64,000 bases of DNA from Vulcanimicrobiota bacterium. GTDB lineage: Bacteria; Vulcanimicrobiota; Xenobia; Xenobiales; JADMJV01. Where the stretch lies: positions 238,934 through 302,933 of the forward strand of contig JBFWNU010000004.1 of NCBI GenBank assembly GCA_050250895.1. Reading direction: 5' to 3'. Below are positions 31,280 to 39,853 of the stretch, piece after piece; positions within the stretch are counted from its first letter, which is position 1; each line of letters begins with the position of its first letter. The translations under genes were made by a program, and so were the position numbers. The notes beneath the pieces are model-generated. The model made no database searches and had not been told where the DNA came from. It was given only the letters and a program-made list of their open reading frames with translations.

Positions 31280-31789
31280 ATGGAGAAAGTATTCGATATT
31301 CGAGAGGCGCCGAGCTACATCTCCCGATTTCAGCAAGACTCTTTGAAGGCTCTTCGCTTCGTGCCCGACCCATTGATTGGAAGCCAAGAATGGTGGCAAG
31401 CGATTGACGACGGAATGATTGAGCGCGTTGTCATGCAGGGTTGGATAACTTCGGTCACTTGGGGAGCAATGGGTGATACTCCTGAATTTGAGATCACCGA
31501 TGAATCGGGAAGGTCAAGGCGGTGTCATCGATATGGCGACCACACGCGATATGTCAAGGGATTAGCTGCTAGAGTCACCTGGCTAAGGTTGAAGGTTTTC
31601 CCTATCAACCTCCAGCACGTGCCTCCAGAAGAGCGCGCTGACCTGATGGCAAGGGAGATCGACCTTCTTTGCGAGAGTATTTCGATTGAAGAGAGTGAGC
31701 GTCGCTCGGAGAAGAGCGCCCCTGGACCGTCGGGAGTGTTAGAGCGAAACTCGCTGGAGGCTCTGGAGGTGACAGATCGGGCAGACTGA
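31280..31789 (+). CDS. Low-GC orphan protein (cassette-like unit 2)
   Basis: RBS AAGGAGG; atypical codon usage; stop codon lies inside a shared trailer. Confidence 0.7.
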   Translation: MEKVFDIREAPSYISRFQQDSLKALRFVPDPLIGSQEWWQAIDDGMIERVVMQGWITSVTWGAMGDTPEFEITDESGRSRRCHRYGDHTRYVKGLAARVTWLRLKVFPINLQHVPPEERADLMAREIDLLCESISIEESERRSEKSAPGPSGVLERNSLEALEVTDRAD

Positions 31790-31864
31790 AACGCTACCGG
31801 TTCGCCGACGCGCTTTTGCCAAGGGCGCTCGCCAGCGCGGCCGGCCCACAGTCCGGCTGCTGGC

Positions 31865-32104
31865 TCACCAGAACACCATGCCGGGATAGCTCTCGGGCGG
31901 CTCCCAATCGGTGTCGTCAAAAAACCTCGCGGACACGCCAAGCGCCGCGCACAAACGCCGCAACTCCTCCGGAGCCGGAGCCAGGGTGCCCTTTTCCCAC
32001 CGAGCCACCGTTCGGCTCTCGATCTCCAGGCGACGAGAGAGTTCCCGCTGGCTGAGGCCCAAGTCTTTGCGCCGATTTTTCAGCTTTTCGTGAAACGACT
32101 GCAC
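31865..32104 (-). CDS. XRE-family HTH transcriptional regulator
   Basis: LKNRRKDLGLSQRELS...TVARWEKG..P. Confidence 0.85.
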   Translation of the reverse strand: MQSFHEKLKNRRKDLGLSQRELSRRLEIESRTVARWEKGTLAPAPEELRRLCAALGVSARFFDDTDWEPPESYPGMVFW

Positions 32105-32210
32105 CGAGACGGATCTTCACGCCAACGAGCCCCATGGCCCTGCTCGCGAGCAAGCAATTCAGCATCCATTCAGGCCCTCGGTCTAGACTGGCCCTGCAGG
32201 AGGACCCGCC

Positions 32211-33098
32211 ATGCTCATCCACCAGGGCCCTTTTGTCGGTCATCGCGGAGCGCGGGGTAGCGCGCCAGAGAATACTTTTGCGGCATTTCGCGAGGCTCAC
32301 CGACAAGGGGCAAGTTCGATCGAACTCGATGTCGGCTTGAGCGCCGACCAGCAGTTTTACGTTCTTCACGACGACACCCTCGACCGCACCACCAACGGCA
32401 CCGGTCGCCTCGACCAGACCCTTTCGCAGCAACTCGACGGTCTCGACGCGGGCTCGTGGTATGGCCCAGACTACACGGGCGAGCGGGTGCCGCGGCTGGC
32501 CGATGTGCTCGACTGGGCTAAAGACCGAATTCATGTGACCATCGAGGTCAAAACCTCGGCGGTCGGTCCCGGCGTGGGACGGCGCCTGGTCGAGATGGTC
32601 GAGGCTCGCCAAATGGCCGAACAAGTCGCCATCGTCAGCTTCTCGCCAGAAGTGGTGGCTGAGGTCGAGCAAGTCAAGCCAAGCTTCGACACCGGACTGC
32701 TGCTCTCAGAGCGCCCCACCCTCGGTCGGATCAAGCTAGGAGTTCAATTTGGACTGGCCCTGGGAATTGCCGGAGCGGTGGTCGGATGCTCGAGCCCGCT
32801 GGCGGGTCTGGGGGTGGCGGCCGCCTCGACCGTGCTCGGCGGTCTGGTGGGCAAGGGGGTCAGCGCCCTCGAGACGCGGCGCCAATTGAGTCAAACACCG
32901 GCCGATGCCATCCTGCCGTTCTGGCTCGATGCCGACCGGGCGTTGGCTCGAGCCGCCGCCAGGCAAGGCAAGCGAATGGTGCCCTACACCGCCAACAGCC
33001 CCTGGTTGGTAGGCCGCTTGCTCAAAGGCGGAGCAAGCGCCGTCATCACCGACATCCCCGGCCGTTTCACCGGTTCGAGCAGATCGAGGCCTACCTAA
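32211..33098 (+). CDS. Glycerophosphodiester phosphodiesterase with an internal TM hairpin
   Basis: GHRG...PENT, ELDV, HD.TLDRTT, IEVK, ITD; RBS AGGAGG. Confidence 0.9.
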   Translation: MLIHQGPFVGHRGARGSAPENTFAAFREAHRQGASSIELDVGLSADQQFYVLHDDTLDRTTNGTGRLDQTLSQQLDGLDAGSWYGPDYTGERVPRLADVLDWAKDRIHVTIEVKTSAVGPGVGRRLVEMVEARQMAEQVAIVSFSPEVVAEVEQVKPSFDTGLLLSERPTLGRIKLGVQFGLALGIAGAVVGCSSPLAGLGVAAASTVLGGLVGKGVSALETRRQLSQTPADAILPFWLDADRALARAAARQGKRMVPYTANSPWLVGRLLKGGASAVITDIPGRFTGSSRSRPT

Positions 33099-33264
33099 CA
33101 AAAGAAGCGGGCATCCTTAGACGATTCACCTGTCGCCTCGACACCCTCACCTCGGTGCGCAGCTAGGGCGCTGCTTAAGCCGACGGCCTCGGGGCTCCCT
33201 CGGGTGCCCTCAACCCGGCTGTGCCGTTACCGAACTTCTCGCGGGCCGGCGTCGTCCTATCGGC

Positions 33265-33447
33265 ATGCGAACCCTCAATCCGATCCCCTTCACTCTGGTC
33301 GCGATTCTGGTCCTGCTCGTCCTTTCAGGCATCGTCGGGCTGGAAGTCGGACCCGCCGGTGTCACGATTGAAGCCAACCTCTACGACCGGGTATTCTACC
33401 TCCGGGTCGGGCGCGACGGCATCCGCGCCGGAGAAGACAAGGGATGA
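33265..33447 (+). CDS. Small membrane protein
   Basis: N-terminal hydrophobic helix; coding-like codon usage. Confidence 0.5.
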   Translation: MRTLNPIPFTLVAILVLLVLSGIVGLEVGPAGVTIEANLYDRVFYLRVGRDGIRAGEDKG

Positions 33448-33561
33448 CGTCTGGAAGGTCGCCTGGGTCAGGCGACGCCGGTTGAATACTACCGGATGCT
33501 CCCCAACCATCCCGGAGACCCTCGCCTGACCGGACGCACGCGGCCAAGCTTGATATAGACC

Positions 33562-33918
33562 ATGAATCTTCCCAGGCTAATCCTGCGCCTGAGCCTTGGT
33601 CTCAACTTCTTCCTGCATGGATTGGTGAGGCTGCTCGGCAACTACGACGAATTCGTCAAACAAACCGTGAGCGGCTTTGACAAGACCATTCTGCCTTCGG
33701 TCCTGGCCGTGCCCTTCGCCTTTCTCATTCCGCCCCTCGAACTGCTGCTGGGAGTGGCGCTGGTGGCCGATTTTCGCCCTCGCGAGACGCTCATCGGCGT
33801 GACGGGCCTAATGTGCCTGCTCATCGCCGGCAAGTGTCTGCAGCAGGACTGGGCGGTGGTCGGGTCCCAGATGATCTACGTGCTCTGCCTCTACCTGCTG
33901 GCCCGCGAGACCGAATAG
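33562..33918 (+). CDS. DoxX family membrane protein
   Basis: LRLSLGLNFFLHG...E..LG. Confidence 0.8.
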   Translation: MNLPRLILRLSLGLNFFLHGLVRLLGNYDEFVKQTVSGFDKTILPSVLAVPFAFLIPPLELLLGVALVADFRPRETLIGVTGLMCLLIAGKCLQQDWAVVGSQMIYVLCLYLLARETE

Positions 33919-33953
33919 GCAGGCCATCCATTCCCTGATGCGAACGAGGCGAG

Positions 33954-35726
33954 ATGCGAATTCTTCTAGGAGTCGTGTTGTTGCTGATGAGCCTGCCTGT
34001 CGCGGCCGAGACGATCACCTATTCGGTGAGCTTCTCGCCCTCCACTCACTATCTCGAGGTCGAGGCGAACATGCCTGCCGGTTCGCCGGTCGTGACCTTA
34101 CCGGTGTGGACCCCCGGCTCTTACAAAGTGCGAGATTACTCGGGTCAGGTCGAGAACATGCAAGCCTACGATCCGGCCGGGACCCCCATCGCCACCCAGA
34201 AAGTACGCAAGAATCGCTGGCAGGTCGCTTCGCCAGGAGCCTACAACCTGAAATACCGCATCTATGCCCACGAGCCGTCCGTGCGCAACAACTGGGTTGA
34301 CCAGGAATATGCTCTGATCGTGGGAGCGGCCACCTTCGTGACGCCGTTCGAGCGGGGTCCCTTCGACTATCGGGTCCAGCTCGAACTTCCCTCAGAATGG
34401 CAATCCAGCTACTCGGGCCTGGCGGAAGTGGGTCCGAACACCTTCGGCGCGGCCGACTATGACGAACTGGTCGACTGCCCTATCCTGGCCGGCAATCCGG
34501 CCGTCTACACCTTCACTGTGGGCGGAAAGCCTCACTACCTGGTCAATGTCGGCGAGGCCGGGGTGTGGGACGGGCCGGGCTCGGCCCGAGACGTGAAAAA
34601 GGTGGTGGAAACGCAACTGGCGCTGTGGGGCCAGTTGCCCTACGACAAATATCTCTTCTTCAACATCATCAACGAAACGCACGGCGGGCTCGAACACAGG
34701 AACTCGACCGTGCTGATGACCAGCCTGTGGAAGAGGCAGACCGAGCAGCACCAAGCCTGGTGTAGCCTGGTGGCCCACGAGTTCTTCCACGCCTGGAACG
34801 TCAAGCGCCTTCGGCCGGTCGAGTTGGGGCCCTTCGACTATGAGAACGAGGTCTACACCCGCAGCCTGTGGGTGGCCGAGGGGATCACCTCTTATTACGA
34901 CGACCTGTTAGTGGCCCGGGCCGGCCTGGCCAATGAGGCCGACTATCTCAAAGCGCTGTCGAAGTCTGTGGAACGGCTTCAAACGACGCCGGGACGCAAA
35001 GTGCGCTCCCTGGCCGAAGCCTCTTTTGATGCCTGGATCAAACTCTACGCCCCCGACGAGAACACCAATAACACCAACATCAGTTATTACACCAAGGGAG
35101 CCCTGGTCAGCTGGTTGCTCGATATCGAGATTCGCCAGGCAACCGGCGGCCAGAAGACACTCGACGACCTGCTCCGCCTGGCCTATCAACGCTTCGCCAA
35201 AGATGGTTTCGAAGAGCAAGCCTTTCGCCAGCTGGCCTCAGAAGTGGCCGGCAAAGACCTGAGCGGGTTCTTCAGCCGCAACGTGGATAGCACCCAGGAG
35301 CTGGACTACGCGCCGGCCCTGACCTATTTTGGCCTGCGCTTCAAGCCTCCTGAAAACCAGGCCAACCCGGCCGGCTGGCTGGGCGCCAAGCTCGCTACCG
35401 ACAACTTCGTCACCGAAGTACCGCGCGACACGCCGGCCTATCGAGCCAGCCTGCAACCCGGTGACGAACTGTTGGGTCTGGATCAGTTTCGCCTGCCCCC
35501 CGACGGGCTTGAGGAACGGCTCAAGCAATATGCGCCCGGCACCCAGGTCGAGTTGCTGGTGGCCCGGCGCGGTCGACTCTTTCGACTGCCCGCGCGTCTG
35601 GAGGGCAAACCCACCCAGACCTGGACCCTGGAACCCGACCCGGCCGCCAACCCCACCCAGACCGCCCGCCGCAACCAGTGGCTGGGCAGTTCCAAGACAG
35701 CTAACCAGCCGGCCACGACCCGGTAA
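33954..35726 (+). CDS. M61 glycyl aminopeptidase with PDZ domain
   Basis: Signal peptide, PVWTPGSY, GGLEH, AHEFFHAWNVKR, EGITSYY, SYYTKG. Confidence 0.93.
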   Translation: MRILLGVVLLLMSLPVAAETITYSVSFSPSTHYLEVEANMPAGSPVVTLPVWTPGSYKVRDYSGQVENMQAYDPAGTPIATQKVRKNRWQVASPGAYNLKYRIYAHEPSVRNNWVDQEYALIVGAATFVTPFERGPFDYRVQLELPSEWQSSYSGLAEVGPNTFGAADYDELVDCPILAGNPAVYTFTVGGKPHYLVNVGEAGVWDGPGSARDVKKVVETQLALWGQLPYDKYLFFNIINETHGGLEHRNSTVLMTSLWKRQTEQHQAWCSLVAHEFFHAWNVKRLRPVELGPFDYENEVYTRSLWVAEGITSYYDDLLVARAGLANEADYLKALSKSVERLQTTPGRKVRSLAEASFDAWIKLYAPDENTNNTNISYYTKGALVSWLLDIEIRQATGGQKTLDDLLRLAYQRFAKDGFEEQAFRQLASEVAGKDLSGFFSRNVDSTQELDYAPALTYFGLRFKPPENQANPAGWLGAKLATDNFVTEVPRDTPAYRASLQPGDELLGLDQFRLPPDGLEERLKQYAPGTQVELLVARRGRLFRLPARLEGKPTQTWTLEPDPAANPTQTARRNQWLGSSKTANQPATTR

Positions 35727-35820
35727 CACCCAGCCGCTCTCTCCGGCTACGGTTCTTGGCTACTGCACATCAGAGTCGACCCGTGGGTGGAAGAAAATCG
35801 GTGTGGATCTTCACAGGTTC

Positions 35821-37749
35821 ATGGATGCGCATGCGGACCTAAACGAGCCGCGGGCCCCGCAGGTCCCTTCCTTTGCGCTCCCAACCGCGGTTCGGCAAGG
35901 CGTTCTTGCAGGTTTCAAGCCCACGCTCCCGAACGATAAGCCGTTGAACGTGGGTGCAGCCAAAGGTCGCCAAAGCCTGCCTCCCGGCGCTGAACTCAAA
36001 GACGGGACCTACATCGTGGGTCCCGTTCTCGGTGCCGGTGGGTTTAGTATCACATATTCAGGCAAGGAAAAACGCCTGGGTACGCCGGTGGCTATCAAAG
36101 AGTTCTTCCCCAAAGGCTGCACTCGCGACCAGGGAGTGATCATTCCCGGCGGCAAGTGGAATGCGGCCAACTTCATGGACACCCGCGAGGCCTTCCTGGA
36201 AGAGGGTAAGACGATGGAGCGGTTCGAGCGCCCCGGTATCGTCAAGGTCTACGCCGCTTTCGAAGCCCACGGCACGGCCTACATCGTGATGGAGTATCTG
36301 CAGGGCAAGACGTTCTCGACCCTGATCCAGGAGCGCGGACTGTTGCCCGAGGCTCTGGCCATGAAATTTATCAGCCAATTGGCCCGCACCCTCGACGGTA
36401 TCCACCTGGCCGGTTTGCTGCACGGCGACATCAAACCCGACAACATCATGCTGACCGAAGACCAGCGGGTCATTCTGCTCGACTTCGGAGCGGCGCGCAG
36501 CTATCTGTCGGTCAAGGAAGAGGAAGAGACGGTCTTTCTCACGCCCGGCTATGCGCCTCCAGAACAATACCAGCGAGACTACCCCATCGATCCCGCCACC
36601 GATGTCTACGCGGTGGCCGCCACCCTCTACAACCTGCTCGGTGGCAAGCGCCCGCCCGCCGCACCCGCCCGACTCAAAGGCGAAACTCTGCCGGCTCTAA
36701 ATTCGCTCAACTCTAGCGTGTCGGCCCGCACGGCCAAGGCCATTCGGCACGGCCTGTCGCTTCATCCCGAGCGCCGCCCGCCTACCATTCGGGCCTTCCT
36801 GGGCGAGCTGATCGGGCCGTCCGAGGCCGATCTGGTGCTGGCTTCCCAGGTTTTCACCCAGATTCAACCGCGTCAGGTGGCGGTGCTTGAAGGTCACGAA
36901 GGCTGGGTCATCGCGCTAGACTTTCACCACGAGGGCAATCTGCTAGCTTCGGGCGATAAAGAGGGAAAGGTGTGGCTGTGGTCCCTCGACCGGGGAGAGG
37001 CTCTCGGAGTGCTCGACCTGGGCTCGTCCATCACGGGTCTCGAGATCTCTCCTGACGGCAAATTGATCGCCGTGGGCACGATGGCCGGGGGCCTGGTGCT
37101 CATCGACCTGGCTACCGGCCATACGGTGGCCACGCTCAAGAAAGATCCTCCGCCGGTCCAATGCCTGTGCTTTACCACCGATGGCACTCGATTGGTGGCC
37201 GGCTTCACCGACGGCACCATCAACGTCTATGAACCGCCGGGACGCATCATCAACACCTTGACCGGGCACCAGAGTCCCGTCAACGACGTCAAATGCTCGC
37301 CCGGTGGGCGACTGATGGCCTCGGTGTCTAACGATAAGACGGCCCGGCTCTGGGACCTCAAGTCAGGGCGAGCCGTGCGCGTCTTTGCCGGCCACACGCG
37401 GGTAGTGCAGGCTTGTGCTTTTTCACCCGACGGCCGGGTGCTGGCGACCGGCGCCAGCGACTTCACCATTCGCCTGTGGGACGTGCGCAAGGGCGAAGAA
37501 CTGCGCAAGCTCAAAGGCCACGAAGCCATGGTCTGGAACGTGATGTTCACCCCCGACCGCTCCTATCTGCTCTCTTCCGCTGGCGACAAGACGGTGAGGG
37601 TGTGGCGACTGGACTCGGCCCGCGAAGTGGCCCGGATGGAAGGCCACACTTCGTGGGTGCGGGCGCTGGATTACGCTCCCAGCCGCAATCTGGTCGCCTC
37701 GGGCGGGGGCGACGGTCAGATCCGTCTGTGGGAAGTCGACTGGTCCTAG
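35821..37749 (+). CDS. Ser/Thr protein kinase with C-terminal WD40 repeats
   Basis: LGAGGFSITY, VAIKE, HGDIKPDN, DFG, GYAPPE; several GH...WD repeats. Start is 35803 or 35821. Confidence 0.92.
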   Translation: MDAHADLNEPRAPQVPSFALPTAVRQGVLAGFKPTLPNDKPLNVGAAKGRQSLPPGAELKDGTYIVGPVLGAGGFSITYSGKEKRLGTPVAIKEFFPKGCTRDQGVIIPGGKWNAANFMDTREAFLEEGKTMERFERPGIVKVYAAFEAHGTAYIVMEYLQGKTFSTLIQERGLLPEALAMKFISQLARTLDGIHLAGLLHGDIKPDNIMLTEDQRVILLDFGAARSYLSVKEEEETVFLTPGYAPPEQYQRDYPIDPATDVYAVAATLYNLLGGKRPPAAPARLKGETLPALNSLNSSVSARTAKAIRHGLSLHPERRPPTIRAFLGELIGPSEADLVLASQVFTQIQPRQVAVLEGHEGWVIALDFHHEGNLLASGDKEGKVWLWSLDRGEALGVLDLGSSITGLEISPDGKLIAVGTMAGGLVLIDLATGHTVATLKKDPPPVQCLCFTTDGTRLVAGFTDGTINVYEPPGRIINTLTGHQSPVNDVKCSPGGRLMASVSNDKTARLWDLKSGRAVRVFAGHTRVVQACAFSPDGRVLATGASDFTIRLWDVRKGEELRKLKGHEAMVWNVMFTPDRSYLLSSAGDKTVRVWRLDSAREVARMEGHTSWVRALDYAPSRNLVASGGGDGQIRLWEVDWS

Positions 37750-37782
37750 AGGGCAAAGCCCCCCTTGGAAGAACCTCTGTCT

Positions 37783-38160
37783 ATGACCAACAACCTGCCT
37801 CCCGGCCTGACGGCGAAGACGGGCGAGGTATTTGCACGATACCTCGAGAGCGTTCCTCGTTCGCGCGCCAGTCTCGAGCGAGCGGTCAAAGCGCATCTGA
37901 CCGAGGTCAACCTGGCCAGCGAGACCAACGAGTTGCTAGACCTGGCCACCGCGCGCAAGCTGGCTCAGGGCCTGCTCACCCTGCTCGAACGCAGCCAGGA
38001 CGAGCAGCTACGGCTGGTCCAGGGCGCCATCCTCTACTTCGTCGAGGATGAGGATGCCGAATCCGACTTCGCTTCGGCCGTCGGATTCGACGACGATGTC
38101 GAGGTCTTCAACGCCGTCTGCCATCAGCTCGGGTTGCCCGAACTCGCCCTAACGCTTTAG
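37783..38160 (+). CDS. DUF1232/YkvA-like protein
   Basis: AILYFVEDED...GFDDD. Confidence 0.65.
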   Translation: MTNNLPPGLTAKTGEVFARYLESVPRSRASLERAVKAHLTEVNLASETNELLDLATARKLAQGLLTLLERSQDEQLRLVQGAILYFVEDEDAESDFASAVGFDDDVEVFNAVCHQLGLPELALTL

Positions 38161-39597
38161 CTACTTCTCGCACAGGATCAGGGTGCGGCCGGCCGGATGG
38201 GACTCGAGCAGGCGCTGGGCCGAAAAGTATCGCGACACGACGCTTTGAAGATTCTCGAGCGTGTACCAGTCGAAGCTTTCACGCTGGAAATGGCTGAGGA
38301 GGACCTGCGATTTCTCGTCATCCAGGGGCACGAACTCGAGTACCAGCCAGCGGGTCGTGAAGCACTCGAGTAACTCGACCACCCGCTCGAACGATTGCCA
38401 ATTGGTGAGCACCAGGTGGTGAATCAGGGCCAGGGCAAAGACCATTTCACCCTGGATGCGGGCTAACGCCGAAGGAAACTGGACCAGCTTCCAACCGAAG
38501 GCGGGGGTCGGATTGAGCAGGTTCATCACCAGCGGTAATACATCCAGCCTCTGCTGGCTAGCCCGGTCGTAAAGCCGGGTGACACAACCCTCATCGAAGT
38601 CGATGGCCACCACTCGAGAGCCGCGATGGGCGGCCAGCATGGCGTACCAACCCTCGTTGCAGGCCAGGTCGACCACCGTGTTGGGACGATGCTCGTCGAG
38701 CAAATCGGCCAGGGCTCGATGCTTCTGATGCCAGTTCGAGCTATCGTCCCAGGATGGCCAATCTTCATAGTAGTTGACCCAGGTGGTGGTGGGCTTGGGC
38801 AGCCGAATCTTGCTGACGTCGCGCACGAGACCTTTGAAGAAGCCGCTCCGCATGGCTGCCAGCCGCTCGGGGGGGTGGGTGGTCTTCTGCATCTTCTTGT
38901 CGAGTTCGAGCTTCTGAGCCAGACTGCTCACTCGACGCGGCAACTCGAGGCGGGTCCAGGTTTGGGGGTGGGTCAACTTGTAGCCGCCCGAAAGCAGCGC
39001 CGAGCAAGTCGCGAACGATATTCCCCGCAGATAGTCCTGCAACAGCGGGCGCACCACCTCATGCAGCCCGGCCGCATAGAGGTACAGGGGGAAGAGAAAA
39101 AAATTGCAGAACTGTTGGTAGGCCGACCAGATGAACTGGCCCTCTTCTTCCACCGGCCGCAACGAACCGACATCCACAAAGACCGGGGTAGTACCGTTCC
39201 ACAGCACATTCCAGGGATAGGCGTCTTGCAGGATAGCCCCGTGCTCGAGACCTTTCTGGCAAATCTCCAGAGTCAGCAGGGCCGACTCTTTGAGCATCTC
39301 GGCACTCCACTCCATGCAGTAGCTTCGCACCGGCACGGTGGCGTGGCTCAGCACCAGCCCATAGCCATCAAGACGAAGCGCGGTGGCGGATGTCTCGACC
39401 ATGCGACCCGAGGTCATCATGCTCTGGAAGAATTCGGCCCCGAGCAAACTATGGAAAAAGGCTACCCGGCTCTCGGTGATGGCTCGATAGAGGGAACCTT
39501 GCCAGCTGAAGAGACGGCCGTTGGGGTCGACGTAGGAGCTGGGGTCGACCGAAATCTGGTCAGCTGGGATCTGGTTCGCTTTGGTCAGGTGCGTCAG
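38161..39597 (-). CDS. NoeA-like SAM-dependent methyltransferase
   Basis: SYVDPNGRLF N-terminal motif, SYCMEW, DAYPWN, DLACNEG, ALALIHHL. The frame opens to a CTG at 39597. Confidence 0.85.
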   Translation of the reverse strand: MTHLTKANQIPADQISVDPSSYVDPNGRLFSWQGSLYRAITESRVAFFHSLLGAEFFQSMMTSGRMVETSATALRLDGYGLVLSHATVPVRSYCMEWSAEMLKESALLTLEICQKGLEHGAILQDAYPWNVLWNGTTPVFVDVGSLRPVEEEGQFIWSAYQQFCNFFLFPLYLYAAGLHEVVRPLLQDYLRGISFATCSALLSGGYKLTHPQTWTRLELPRRVSSLAQKLELDKKMQKTTHPPERLAAMRSGFFKGLVRDVSKIRLPKPTTTWVNYYEDWPSWDDSSNWHQKHRALADLLDEHRPNTVVDLACNEGWYAMLAAHRGSRVVAIDFDEGCVTRLYDRASQQRLDVLPLVMNLLNPTPAFGWKLVQFPSALARIQGEMVFALALIHHLVLTNWQSFERVVELLECFTTRWLVLEFVPLDDEKSQVLLSHFQRESFDWYTLENLQSVVSRYFSAQRLLESHPAGRTLILCEK

Positions 39598-39799
39598 TTT
39601 GCCCTCGCGAACGTGTGAACTTCGACTTCAAGGCGAGGAAGAAATTCTTGATGGGACGGAAGAAGAACGCCAGCGCCCCGAGCAATCCGTAGAAGACCGC
39701 ATAGCCGATCTGGAAGAGCAGGCCTGCCGTGCCCGGATCGACGTAGGCGAGGCAGGGCAACGGGGCCAGGACAAGAATGAGGGCGAGGCGGATGAACAT
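39560..39799 (-). CDS. Small 'AYxDPG' membrane protein
   Basis: Signal-like helix + AYVDPGTAG + TM + basic tail; overlaps the methyltransferase start. Confidence 0.75.
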   Translation of the reverse strand: MFIRLALILVLAPLPCLAYVDPGTAGLLFQIGYAVFYGLLGALAFFFRPIKNFFLALKSKFTRSRGQTDAPDQSEPDPS

Positions 39800-39853
39800 T
39801 CCTTTCTCCTTCTCTCGAGCTTTCGACGGCTCAGCGGGGCCTCCTTTCGGGCC

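Noticed and set aside
30868-31825. Classical integron attC sites
   Set aside because: No RYYYAAC...GTTRRRY ends, no long palindrome and no intI; kept as a non-integron cassette hypothesis.
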